From: Trichoplax adhaerens
Taxonomy: Eukaryota; Animalia; Placozoa
Length of the DNA: 64,000 nt
Assembly (NCBI RefSeq): GCF_000150275.1
Contig: NW_002060957.1
Span: 514,348-578,347 of the forward strand
Direction of reading: 5' to 3'
Shown: piece by piece, positions 1 to 12,330 of the stretch
Numbering within the stretch: the first letter of the stretch is position 1
Layout of the letters: every line of letters begins with the position of its first letter
Position numbers and translations under genes: made by a program
Notes under the pieces: generated by a model
The model's input: only the letters and a program-made list of their open reading frames with translations
What the model was told of the DNA's origin: nothing
The model's database searches: none

Positions 1-109
1 AGGTGCCAGTTTGGATTGAAAGCTTTGTACAACAAGGCAGCAACAAGGATAGTCAAGGGTATTTTATGAAGCTATACTAGTGGATTTTAGCGGAGATAAA
101 CTAGTTTAC

Positions 110-223
110 CTCTTCCTCTCGTTGCACAGTGTCCCTCAATTGGTCTTCACACTGTTCAGCTCGCTGCAAGGCATCTTCCGCCTCTTTTCGCAAGCCTGCC
201 ATCTTCTTTTTCACAGCTTCCAT
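110..223 (-). CDS. TPM: Tropomyosin, first coding exon (gene continues beyond the left edge of the window)
   Basis: Reverse complement reads caaaATG...GAG|gtaaac, giving MEAVKKKMAGLRKEAEDALQRAEQCEDQLRDTVQREEE (38 aa, phase-0 GT donor). This matches the MDAIKKKM-type N-terminus and the 38-codon first exon of tropomyosins. Confidence 0.9.
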
Positions 224-779
224 TTTGTACTTGTTTTGGATTGTATTTTCAACTAGGATTGCTTGAAAAATTGACAAAATTCACTGCAGTCAAAGTGGAA
301 AGATTCAATTTTTCCAAGGTAAAATGCAATCGTCCAATGTCAAGTTGGCCAAGAATGGAGATGGGAAGATCTTTGAGGAATGTGTGACTGGGTGACCTGA
401 CCCAACGTCTGACTTGGAAAGCAGACGACGCTACCTACAAGCAACGACCTACTGGGTGTCACTCGGGGCGTTTCAACCGTCATGGATTGTTTTGACATGC
501 AACTGCACAAGTGCACATGCCAGCAGTCCACTGCCGCCTCCAGCGCTGTTGTTTCAGTCCTAACACAGAGAATACACTGCAGTCGGAGTAGTATGAAAGC
601 GGAAGGCGCTGCCGGCCTTTGTGTCTGTGTGCGATCGACAGGACGTTGGTGCGTGTATCGTACCCTCTCCGCTTCACTCGACAGCACCTCAGTGAAGATG
701 AGTGCTGACACTATTTGTTATGTTCACGCGTCGTCAATGACGCACATCGAGGACGTTTCTCGCCGCTGGAAGCTCAATG

Positions 780-1260
780 TGCAGCAGAGTAGAGTACATA
801 GTAGGGTAGAAATTACAGTGTATTGTACTGTACACCACCGGACTGTATCGTGCAGTGAAAGCAATCTACAGTACTGTACAGTACGGTACTCTAGCCGGGC
901 TTCAATCGACTCATCGTTGCTTTGTCAGTACAGTACACCAGTACGGTTCAAGTGTACAGTAGGGTCACTTTGTCCCTGGTCATGTCAGATAATACTGTAC
1001 ACCGTACACTAGGACAGCATACCTCAATCGCCACATGATCTGCACAAAAGATGTCACCCGTGGCGATTCAGCTACACTACGCCAAACGCTCACCACGTGT
1101 ACTACACCCACTTCAGTGTTCGACAGGTGTACGTACAGTACGGTACTGTCAACCGTCCGCAGACGATTGTTGTGCAAACTGCCAATACACTACTGTACTG
1201 TATGGTGACGCAGTAACGATTCACACACGTCCACCACGGTAAGCGTGTCTGCGCGATAGC
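780..1260. promoter_or_regulatory. GC/CpG-elevated, GTAC/ACTGTAC-rich island upstream of tropomyosin
   Basis: Dense runs such as ctacagtactgtacagtacggtact, cagtacagtacacc and gtgtacgtacagtacggtactgtc. The same signature occurs 5' of MORF4L1 and NDUFA6. Confidence 0.5.
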
Positions 1261-1879
1261 ACTGACTGTGATTTCATCTTCACTCAATGACTGAGTTGGT
1301 CATCAGATTGACCTGGAAAAGCGGTAATGGCTATGCCTACCGCTTGTAAAACCAAAAACTGATTGCAGGGAAATTCTTCAATATCCTTGATATACTCATT
1401 GGATCAACATGGATATCCAAGCTTATTCATTATAAAAACAAAAAAAATAAAAATTTCACCCTATAGCAAATTCAATACCGTCGTAAAGCTCGTAACGCTC
1501 GCTCGTTCAACTCCTTGCAAATGATGTTGCAAGGAACAAATCGTTCTTCCAATTTCTTTCCAACTGTGTACTACCATGGACTCCTAGAAGAAGTCGTGGG
1601 CTTCACAGTTTCAACAACTGCGTCACCCAATGACAATAACATCAATCAAATAGGATCACAATTCTTCCTCACACCAAAAATTCGACGTGCAGTACAGTAC
1701 ACTGCACAGCGGGCCAGCAAATGGTCCAAACATTATTGCATAAAGTCGATCAAATTGAATAATTCATATTTTCAGTCAATTTGTAATGGATACGACCATC
1801 TGACTTTCCCACGTTAACCAAATTGGAGTCAGCGAATATTCCCTGACAGTGCAAATGTCCCTCAATGAAGCATCCCTAT

Positions 1880-2480
1880 AAAGTAGGCTTCCAATTTGCT
1901 TGCTATAATGAAAGCAACCATCACAAGATAGGAATATTCATTCCAGTTTTAATAAGGGTTCATTTTTGCTGTCAGGTTGATAGTCAATGAATCACGTTGT
2001 CCCACTGGCTACTCTATAGTGTGTATTAGAATCAGCTCATATATTCAATAGTCAAAATACGATAAAGCTGTCAATATCGTACAATTAACCGAGAATGGCT
2101 GTATGTCTACTAAGACTACACAAGGGTAATATGAATTTTATATATCTACGGAAATACTCCATCCATGGATGCCGATACACGTACAATCTGTACAAAGCTG
2201 ATAACCAGAAAGAGATTGACGACCGACTTAATTGCACGCTGTTGACAATCATTAAGTAACAAAACAGGCTACAGAATAGGTAACAGTGTCTGCAAGAAGT
2301 TCTCCAGCAAATGTAAAGACAGCGCATTAGCAAAGCATAGAACCTTATTAAGACTTGTACATGCGAACTAATAAAATAGGACAGCAACGCTCATATTTAG
2401 AATCGATCATGGAATATTCTAGAACTTATTAGTAGTTATTACCACATAGACATACAATGAGTATTCTACAAGGTTCTACA
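1880..2480 (-). pseudogene. Probable eroded rhodopsin-family GPCR
   Basis: Colinear fragments in changing frames with stops: SLYVYVVITTNKF* (TM1 end), ILNMSVAVLF (TM2-like), LFCSLFCYL...LSALYRLYVYRHP (TM3/ICL2-like), LVMVAFIIA (TM6-like). Confidence 0.3.
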
Positions 2481-4164
2481 TGCATACGAGGCTCAAATAC
2501 TTGCGCATCTAAGACTGAGCCTTACGAAATCGCTCTACTAATACGATGGCAGTTGCCAATTTAAGCATACTGTATTTCGACTTTAAATACCATAATGGAA
2601 CTTATAATTCAATCAATTATGGTGATCATTGCCATTGCTATTGACACAAAATTATAATTCAACATTTGCAAATCAACTCATTTAGTCCTTCTCTTTAAAA
2701 CTGGGATTACACCATGATTATAAAGCAAAGTGTACGCGTCATTGGCAATACTGAAATATAAAAAATGAATAGCGATTAAATGGCGTGGCGTCATTATTTG
2801 CGTTCATAATTTTGAATCATCAACTAATAAATATTGGATAACGAAATAAAACTTGATATTAAGTAGGAAGAGTTAGAATGTATCCACCATTACAATTGTA
2901 TCGCCTGTTGTTACAGGGATAATAAATAAAATTGCTGACATTTCTCTTTTCATTTTTTGATACTTGCATTTACAAGAGGAAACATACGAGTATGCTATAC
3001 TGAGCGCCAGAAATACAACTTTTCTACTAGACTTAAAGAATCCACAAATAGAAAATGACTATACCTACGGCATGTTTCCTATTATTCAACTTTCCATTAG
3101 TATACCTGAAATGGACCAGCTGTCAAAATGTGCAACAAGGACATATTTCATAAATGCGCTATATAGTCCCTTTACATACATCAACCACGATCCGAGTCAA
3201 TCAACAACATTTTTCAATTGAATAATTGGCTCCTCAGTTTTAAGGCAAGTTATAAAGTAAGAACTAAGACTTTCTCTCAAGGCTAATGGATCCTAAATGA
3301 ATAAGACTTGGTAAGAAATGCTTCTGTCTTTCTATTAAAATGTCAGCTTTAAATTTAAATCACACACATATACGAGAGGTACTGTGCTCTAAAATAGGGA
3401 AAGAACTAAAATCGATGCAGCTTTCTAACAAAGGAATTAGAATTACTACTACAGTATTTACGATTTGTTGAGCTAATGGTAGCTAGTTAAAACACCACTA
3501 ATCATTTAATTAATGAATCACCTTAGCAATGATGTTATTAGTATGTTTTGACAACGGATTTTCATATTAATAATATATTACGTAAGCGTGATTGATGCAT
3601 AACAATGATCCCATAGTCTCTTTATTTGTTACTAAAATGTTTAGTGATCTAGAATAATGCAACCAGTCAGCTATTTAGGATAAATCAATTTTACATACGT
3701 ACAGTAGATTAACTTTTCATAACATTGCTATAAAATTGAATTCCAATTAAAAGAATTCTATTTCTAAAGCAGTCATAACGAGCTTATATTACTGATACTG
3801 CATATAAATAGATAATGGGCCAACAATAAAAGAAAAACTCCATTGAAGCTTTATTAAGCTATTTTAACTAAAAGAATTTAGCTTTAAAAATTCAGTTGAA
3901 TTTTGTTACTTCGTAGAAAATTATCAGCATTTTATTCTCACCATTACTTCCGCAATTAGGAAAAATTGATTACATAACATATAGTATTACTATTATAGGC
4001 TACAGTTAAAGTCCAAACCGCGTACGGCATGGTTAACCATCAACCGCTGAATTCAATTATCAGGAAAGATATATGCAACCGTTACTTTGTATAACAAGCT
4101 TAGACGCTGGATATAACGAATCAGCAATCATCGCTTTCAATTTTATTGATCTGCATACACAATC

Positions 4165-5211
4165 ATGCCTGTAATTGTCCGGCATGCCATCAACTTAACA
4201 GTTTCAAATAATAATTTTAGTTATCATTCTAATGGCATTGATTACAATTTAATCCACACGTATGCTTCTATGGGTGCAATTCCGATCTTTTTACTCGGAG
4301 CAGTTGCTAATATTTTCATTTTATATGTCATCGCCATTTATTCCAAATTTCGGAAAAGAATTTACAATTTAATATGCGTTACGGTAATATCTGATATACT
4401 ATCAACATTGATATGCAGTATTAGTTATATTCTAGTAGTAGCAATCAATGTTCAACACTTGCTTGGTAGAGTGCTATGTAGAGTACTCGTATTTATAGTC
4501 ATGACATCCTATGGTATCTCTATCTTAACGCTAAGCGCTATTGCTTTAGATCGCCTTCAAGCTATCACAAAACCGATTACTTTTATTTACTGGAGGCGTA
4601 AATATAAAATCATGATCATCTCTCAAGTATTAATTTGGACTATATCGATAGCCGTATCATCACCCTTTTTAATCTTTATTGATACTTACCCAGATGAAGG
4701 AAAATTTTGTGATTTTCCAACTATTACAGCAGTTAATAGTCTCTTTTTTATTATATTAACATTATGCTATTTTGTTGTTCCTTCCACTATATTCATTGTT
4801 TCATACAGCAAAATTATCAAATACATGAAAAGTTATACTCCACCGGGCCAATTAAACTTTAATCAAGACCAACGTCAGAAAAAGAAAAATTTTATTAAAA
4901 TGTTGATACTAATTACTGCTTCTCATCTTCTTATTACTTGGCCATATTTTGCTACTAATATTGGTATGGCCATCAATCGATATTCCTTAAGACAATTGCG
5001 TCAAAATCATTTTGTGTACTATTTGTTAGCCTTTTTCTCTTACGCAACAACGACGGCAGTTAGTGTGGCCAATCCATTCTTATTTTTGAAATTTGATGCG
5101 AATATCCGCGCAAAATCTTGGGAAATTATCAAACGACTTGCAATCGCTAATTGCTGCTATCCATCAATTTCAGCAGTTACACCTATTACAGAATGTCCGG
5201 TGCCCTCATAG
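4165..5211 (+). CDS. Intronless rhodopsin-family (class A) orphan GPCR, 348 aa
   Basis: Seven hydrophobic segments. N-terminal sequons NLT and NFS, TM1 GAVAN, TM2 ISD, TM3 LCR...IALDRL, TM4 W, ECL2 Cys (KFCDFP), TM5 VVP, TM6 TWP, TM7 ANPFLF, then DANIR helix 8 and a CC motif. Confidence 0.93.
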   Translation: MPVIVRHAINLTVSNNNFSYHSNGIDYNLIHTYASMGAIPIFLLGAVANIFILYVIAIYSKFRKRIYNLICVTVISDILSTLICSISYILVVAINVQHLLGRVLCRVLVFIVMTSYGISILTLSAIALDRLQAITKPITFIYWRRKYKIMIISQVLIWTISIAVSSPFLIFIDTYPDEGKFCDFPTITAVNSLFFIILTLCYFVVPSTIFIVSYSKIIKYMKSYTPPGQLNFNQDQRQKKKNFIKMLILITASHLLITWPYFATNIGMAINRYSLRQLRQNHFVYYLLAFFSYATTTAVSVANPFLFLKFDANIRAKSWEIIKRLAIANCCYPSISAVTPITECPVPS

Positions 5212-6249
5212 TATTAAGTTCAGGAAAATTATTCTTGCCTCTTTTTCTTAATTTCTCATTTCAAGTTTTACTGTAACATCAGCTATAAGTACTTTGTGAA
5301 ATTAGTACTGAATAAGGTATTATTACATAAATATAGAAATAATATGGCTATTAAATTCTAGAAAACAATTGTTTTTCATCTTATTATATTATGGTTAATA
5401 TTAGATGATTCCGACGCTGACTTCACTGCCCTATTTACAAGTAATTGGCAGTCTACTCAATCTCAAATCATATATTATACTGCATTACTTTGATAACATG
5501 ATTGGAGATTAACCCAATCACATAATTAATTGTGAAGAAATTAATCGGGCTCTTATTAAAGCGAAGTAGTTGAATGGATACTTTCTTTGTTATGTTTAAT
5601 GAAAAAGTTCGAGTAAATTAATGCGAGTTACATTGATACCTAGAAAATTGAAATATACTGTGACAAGTTAGATTAATTCAATCAAATTGTGAAATGTAAC
5701 CGTTTTCATAGAATAGCTCTGCTAGCTATCTAGTGCGTCTTTTTTTATAATACTCAATAAAATTTACTTTAAATTGGAGATGGAATTATTTTTAATCATT
5801 TTTTACAGTTTTCATTAGTGTCTTTAAACGTATTCTATTACATCAATCAAAGATAATAATTACTACATAGAATTATCTTAATAAGAGTTCATCATGATTG
5901 CTGTAACAGTTAAATGATGTTTGAATCATAGTAGTACAAATAATTGGACCACTTGGATTGAGCTTGTTTTGACAAAGTGGAGACGAAAAGCCTTATGACC
6001 TTTTCATGCTTTCGTGTTACTCACACATAACGCGATAATCATCGATGATTTCAAATAGCAACATTATAGATTTAAAAGTAGTAATTTAATGTATTTGATT
6101 ACAAGTAAGACGTTAGTGAGGCTAAGCTCATACTGTTATTTCCTAAATAGCTTGTAAGCAACTTCAGAATGATCTACTAATCCAAATTATATTTTTTTAA
6201 ATTTAGATTGATTTCAAGGGTAGCAAAGCAGATTAATTAATTTATCAGT

Positions 6250-7200
6250 TAGACTTGACATCTTGATGTTAATGAAATTCATAAAAATCAATAACAATAA
6301 AAAGCGTTATGATTACATTCATGATGCAGATATTTCTCGAATGTTCTAAAATCAGATTGTCATTTCTGATTCTTGCAACCGATAAATCAACCATTTTAAG
6401 AGAACTTCCGTCGGGTACCATTTGCCGGTATCGATATTATATCGTTTGTTGCAAAAATACTGTTACCTTTCTAGCTAAATATCCTGTGTTATCTATTTAT
6501 GGGTCTCTTTATATTATATTTAATCACTAGATTGTATAAGACGATCATTAACGGATATAAACTGAATTAAATCTCGTTAAGACCATAAATACGATCGATA
6601 TGATTAAAAATTAAGGAGTTTATTATCCTTTCTAAGAATAATAATAATAATTCATTCTATAAGCGTTAATATTTTTACTGAATATACAAGTAATTACAAG
6701 TTTTTAAGAAGCGCTAATATTTGTAGTTAAAGAGTTTTCGAAAGTAACTGGAAATAAATTGGATAAAATATTTTCATAAAGTGATGGGCATCTCCAGCAG
6801 GTGCATTCTATAGCATTTTTAGTCCTATAAATTTAACTGCCATACTCACTATCCAAAAAATGTTACAGTATTTATTATTGAAATGGTTTTGTATTTCGAA
6901 TATAAATTGGAATTGTTTGCGTCATTAGCGTTGACATACTGTAGAGTTGGTATAAGAAGGATGATAAAAGTGATAGATTTTACTGTAGTAAAATGAAAGC
7001 TATATAGAGACAGACAGCACAGATTAAGCATGTGTAGTCGGATAGTTACTGCGAGTTAGGTTTAGCGCGGATGCTTATGGTGAGACTGGTGAAAACTTGC
7101 TAACTAAGTATACGTTAGGTGCATCATTTTTACACCGTTCGATTATTATATATGCGATAATATCATTGATCACTATGAAATTAGATAACAGCTACAATGT
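6250..7200 (-). pseudogene. Probable eroded rhodopsin-family GPCR, tail-to-tail with the intact receptor
   Basis: Colinear fragments LLSNFIVINDIIAYIIIERCKNDAPNVYLVS (TM1-ICL1-TM2), MLNLCCLSL...VKSITF (TM3), SKYKTISIINTVTFF/WIVSMAV (TM4, frameshifted), EHSRNICIMNVIITLFIV (TM6-like). Interrupted by stops and frameshifts. Confidence 0.4.
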
Positions 7201-9018
7201 AGAATATGACAATCATGGCAAAACATATAGGTGCCATAATCTAGGAACTAATGATACTTATATAATGTATCGTACGTCTATGAAAATATATTCTGCAGTA
7301 TAATATTAGAGCAAGGATCATACTCCGTTTAAAGCATACAATATAAAGTTTTGCGACATAATGCAAACAATCCGCGTATAACTTATGACGATTACTATAT
7401 CTTTATAAATTTATCGAAGCATATGAGAATTATTAGTAATCGCAGTTCGAGTAATTAATGTGATTGCAATAAATTCTACAATTAAAACGTGCATAGCGCT
7501 AAAGTTGTATTAGTTGCGTATTTTCGTTTGCAATAAGGTTAGTTGTACGTCATTTTCTTTGCTTTTTTATTTATGCCTGTGAAATAAAATAAAAGAAAGC
7601 TTACGCGTTTCTAATAGCAATGATTGAGATTTTTATAGAAAATCCTTTGATAGCACTACAAGCCCTCTGTCTTGTGTCAATTATATAGGGTTTATGATTT
7701 TAATATACGTATATTTGTAAATACGAAATTTTTTGACTTGGTGTTAGAAGTGAACGCTTAAAGTGTTTTTATTATATTTAAAGTTTCTACAAAATATTAT
7801 TCATTAACACTCTGGAAAAATAGTAGGGCTGGGTAGCACTTACCACTGTTTCAGTACGTACATTGTATCCTAGTGTCTTAATTTAAAAGATGAGTAGCAT
7901 AAAGATAAATTACATTATGTAGTAACTATGTAATTAAATGCTATAGGATAAATTTATAAGCAAAGGCGATTTCTTCGCTTTAGAAATGATTTCCGTTGCT
8001 GCATCCTTTCCCACGAAAATTAATGGCTACCATTACAATCGCATATAGCAAATAGTTTTATAGTAAAAAAAATAAAAAATTTAGGCTACTTGAGTGCAAT
8101 AACACTAGTAATGACCACAGTGTCTTATTTGTTTTCTATTATATTCAATTACCAGCTGGATGAAATTAAGTTAAGTAAATCTCCTTAATGTAAGTGTAGT
8201 AAGGATATAATTTAATACCTTATCACTAATTGCTATCGTAGCATTACTTTGTGATGTAATCGTAATTTTAATGGCGGGTACGAAAACCAATTCCATTATT
8301 TCATTTTATTGATTTTACCAAATGTAATCAAAATTGCTATACCTTTAGTGCATTTTGTCCGCTGACAATATTAACTTTTCTAAGTTAATAATTTATGATA
8401 AGAGAAATTTTCCGAAAGCGGAGACAATATTTAACTTAGACAACCAGTGGTAGCCTGAATAGATTGTATATTAATGTATTAAAATATTGACAAAGATATA
8501 AATATTTTATTATCCTTTATTAACAGGATTTCATAAATATAACAACGGCAATTGCTAGCAGTGTCGAATGAAGCTATGCATCGTATCCTTATTCATTTGT
8601 CAGCTAACCAATAAACATTTACTATTCCAAAGGATACTAATACCGTAGCTGTAATATGCACAAACAAAATCTCAAAAAAAGACAGGTTATAATTACAGTG
8701 CTGAAAGTCGAAATAATCATCATTCTTTCAGTACTATTCATCCTAAAAACGACTGCAATACTATTCATAGACGTCATTAATATTATACAGAAAAGTAACA
8801 CTATACAAATTAGCCTATTTTCTTTGTCGTAATTATAGTATAAGAACGCTATCATTCTATTGCAGTCTGCGACGATCAATTCGTTTAATCATTACAAATG
8901 GTACAGAAACGCCTAATTAAAGAATTAATAAACCAGTCGTTATTATCTTTAAGGTAAAGAAGTCATTTAGTAATCTATAAGGTGTAACTGCCTAACAGCA
9001 GCAATAATTTATTGGTAC

Positions 9019-11885
9019 TTAGATAAGTTTTCTATTATATTCCGGTGGTGCTGTTTCATATTCCGAAGTTAGAAATATAGATTCATTTCGATGTATATAC
9101 CTAAGGTGACGAAAATGTATACAGAATTTCAAGTTACTATTTTATCATAATAACTACTACATATGCAAGTCCATAAAGGCAGGTGTCGATTAATAAGCAT
9201 TAATTGCATAGATAATGTAAAAGTAAAGGTCTCGCTAAATTTTTCTCTACGTACTGTGATGTATAAACAATTTACTTACATAAGTATATCATCGACGAAA
9301 TGCTGTACAAGGTTTATATTTTTTTCATCTAACGTTGTATATGTCATCACATTACCAAGCTTGACTATAAAAGGTAAAGACATTGCATAATAATATGAGT
9401 AATGCAAGCTTATCAATTCAAAGTGCTATAATCTGATCACTGATAATTCTATCCATCATTGGCTATTTAACTATCATATTACTATAGCAAGTAATCTTAA
9501 CATACCAAACAATCTTAGAAGGTGCTCTGCGCCGTAAATCTGTGACAATGACGTATCTTTAGAGTTTGTCTTTAAAATCTAAGTGTAAAACAAAATAGCG
9601 GTAAATTTTTGTAAAACTTGTCGAATATTTACCGAAAAGTATGTCAGATTAAAGACTAACCTCTGCATATTGCGGACGTTCAAATTTATATAGCAGTTGG
9701 GATCCTAACATGGAATTGAAATAGGTTCGAAGTCCAAGAGTAATCTCTCTTGCTAAGCCACTACGCACAAATAACGTATTAATCAAAATATTACATCCAT
9801 AATATTCACGAAATTATTATCAAGGACATAATAAAAAGTCGAAAAATTTTCATGTGTATCCTGACCTTACAGCAGCTGGTGATCCACGCTTTTCCTTTAT
9901 GTAACTGTCAAGAATGTCATCAACTGCAAATTTTCTAGGCAACTTGATCAGCTGGGTTTTAAAATATCGTATTAAAAAATTGATTGGAGTAAAATGAACG
10001 TTAGCAGAGAGCTTAAGCAACCTTCAAGAGTCGTTTTCTTACCCGTTTCTGTCTATTAATGAAATCATAATCATCGATTAACCAACGTTTCATTTCTTCT
10101 GGTAGTTTAATTTTGATTTCGCCTTTCGCTGTTACCCCGTCCTCCTGCAACATAAATAGTACGTACGATATATTTAGTGTTTAAGTTAGGATATTATTAA
10201 GCTATGTTTACAGTTATCCTATTGGCAATACGGTATATATAGATATCAAGATTTTGTAAAAATTAGTCTATTAGAAGATGAAGCACTGAAATGTAAAAAT
10301 ATAATATCATAATACCACTTTTTACACAAACACCAGTAAAAAAACTATTGAACGTGAACATTACCGATTCTATGGACTGTTCATTTCTTCCTCGTTTTCT
10401 TCTGGTTGGCTCCACTCCTGTTAATAAAGTTATAAATATCTTTAAACATTACAATATAATTAGTCATTTACTTTTCTACAGTTCCTGTAAAAACGTGTAA
10501 TAAACGTCATTGGTACGGCATACTGGATGTAGCTTTATCGATAGCGGACGGTGTAGAGGCACCTTTCTCCTTTTCGCCCATCTTTTTCCTTGTTCTTCTA
10601 ACATTGCTGTATAAAACACATGAAATATATTGCATATAGATTATACTGTGACGGCGGTTATGGATTTCAAACTAAGCCATCGATCTCTATAGTTAACGCT
10701 AGTCAATGGACAAACGATAGTGTAACCTACGATGTCCTCGTTTTGCCTTATAATTTACAAAGCTACACATTCAGTATTACGGATTTACAGCATAACAAGC
10801 CACAGTTAAAAGCATTGACTTACGGATAACGTAATTTTAAATCCTTCTGAAGTTGTAAATTTTCGTCGTTGTATTTTAAGACACGATCTTCCGGCACCCA
10901 TTCGTCCCAACTGAAATGGGATCATTAAAAGCGTAAGCTAAACTGATACATTATACCATTGACATTTAGCAGCTACTACACTGAATACTGGGTCGTAAGT
11001 AGGGTAGTATTCTAGCGCAGACTGTATTTTAAATTTTGCACAATATCTTTCCATTGTAGAGTTACCACCTCGTAGATTTACGAACTGTGCAAGACTAAAT
11101 AAGGTAAGATGATGCGTTATTTTACTCTGGCAGTCAGGCAATATATTCAAGTTACAGTTAGGGCAACGATTTAGATTAATGTTGTATAGAGCATATTCAT
11201 CGACTCAGTCTATAGGACGGTAAATATCATGTACGTACAGCATAAGCTATCGCAAGAAACTGATAATCTATCAAGCGTTCCATAATATTACACGTTTACA
11301 TCACCCATGTTATACTGAGTCATTGTACGCGTACTGTCCAATCCTATAGAATAGACTGTCAAACTATGTGGAAAATGTGAACATGCCTAGCAGAATCAAT
11401 AGTGGTTTACAAGTGACTGCAGAAATTACAACATGTATTCAAGAATGCAAGGCAATCTGACTAAGTAATCCATTTCATGATCCAATTGCAGGCATAGGGC
11501 TATACAGTATTACTTACTTTTTATTCCAACCATTGTAATGGATCAAGTATTTCATTTTACCATTATTGTCGTCGATTTCAAATTTGATACACTAGAAAAA
11601 AGATGAAGGATAACATCATTCAATAGCAGTAGCTGATACCATGAAGGTATTCCTTTTCAAGTTGTACATGATTATTGCGCCATATTACTGTACAGTATAT
11701 CCATCATTAACCGATCAAAACTGACAACGAATCAATTCAATTCACCACCATCATCCAGCTGCATGATACAGATCTATCAACGATGATGAATAGAGTTACG
11801 TTACCTTCGATTCATAAAGAAGCGGCCCATGATAGCATAGCACTCGTTCAGAATCAGCAAACATTGGCTTCCCGGTGTCGGCCAT
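9019..11885 (-). CDS. MORF4L1: Mortality factor 4-like protein 1 (MRG15/Eaf3; chromo-barrel + MRG domain), 11 exons
   Basis: Exons 11805-11885, 11518-11591, 10824-10910, 10524-10606, 10365-10417, 10043-10144, 9866-9951, 9661-9760, 9506-9578, 9280-9364, 9019-9100, all GT-AG and phase-compatible. Motifs ERVLCYHGPLLYESK, YLIHYNGWNK, WDEWVPEDRVLKY, YFNSMLGSQLLYKFERPQY, IYGAEHLLRLF, YETAPPEY. Confidence 0.96.
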
Positions 11886-11929
11886 CCTGGAGTGCAGCTA
11901 AATTCAAGTTTCGCTAACCTGCCAACCAG

Positions 11930-12330
11930 TTGATTACGACCTAACTAAGGGTACAGCAGTTGAAATGGAGTTGGCCAGCGGTCATCTTGTACGTGATACC
12001 AATCCAACTACTGTACTCTACGGAATCGTACGGTGTATCTTCAATGTGTATGGAGGTTGGACTTTTCTCTTTCTGGCTTAATATACCAATGTCCAATTGT
12101 CCATACTTCCGTACGATCTTGGATAGATCTTGACCAGATCTCTTCACCATGGAGACACAGTCTGATTTTTCGTGTAGTACTGTACAAGAAACGCTTTCTA
12201 CTGTAGCGGGACGACAGTAGACTGTACCTGTAGTCAACATTGTACAGCATTCGCGACTGCGCGTTGCTGCATGAACTATTTTCCTGTTTCAGATGGCGGA
12301 TATGCGATATGGCGTTATAACGCGATGTGC
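11930..12330. promoter_or_regulatory. GTAC/CpG-rich promoter island immediately 5' of MORF4L1
   Basis: Repeated ctactgtact, agtactgtaca, actgtacctg and ttgtacagc with locally frequent CpG, directly upstream of the ATG at 11885. Confidence 0.5.

Noticed and set aside
340-1287. Overlapping ORFs rich in C/T/V/Y/S (for example 482-1012, 176 aa)
   Set aside because: These are a by-product of the GC-richer, stop-poor GTAC island, with no protein motifs.
8637-8879. Hydrophobic 80-aa minus-strand ORF
   Set aside because: It has a non-ATG start, lies in the probable MORF4L1 3' region, and its hydrophobicity is explained by T-rich sequence.
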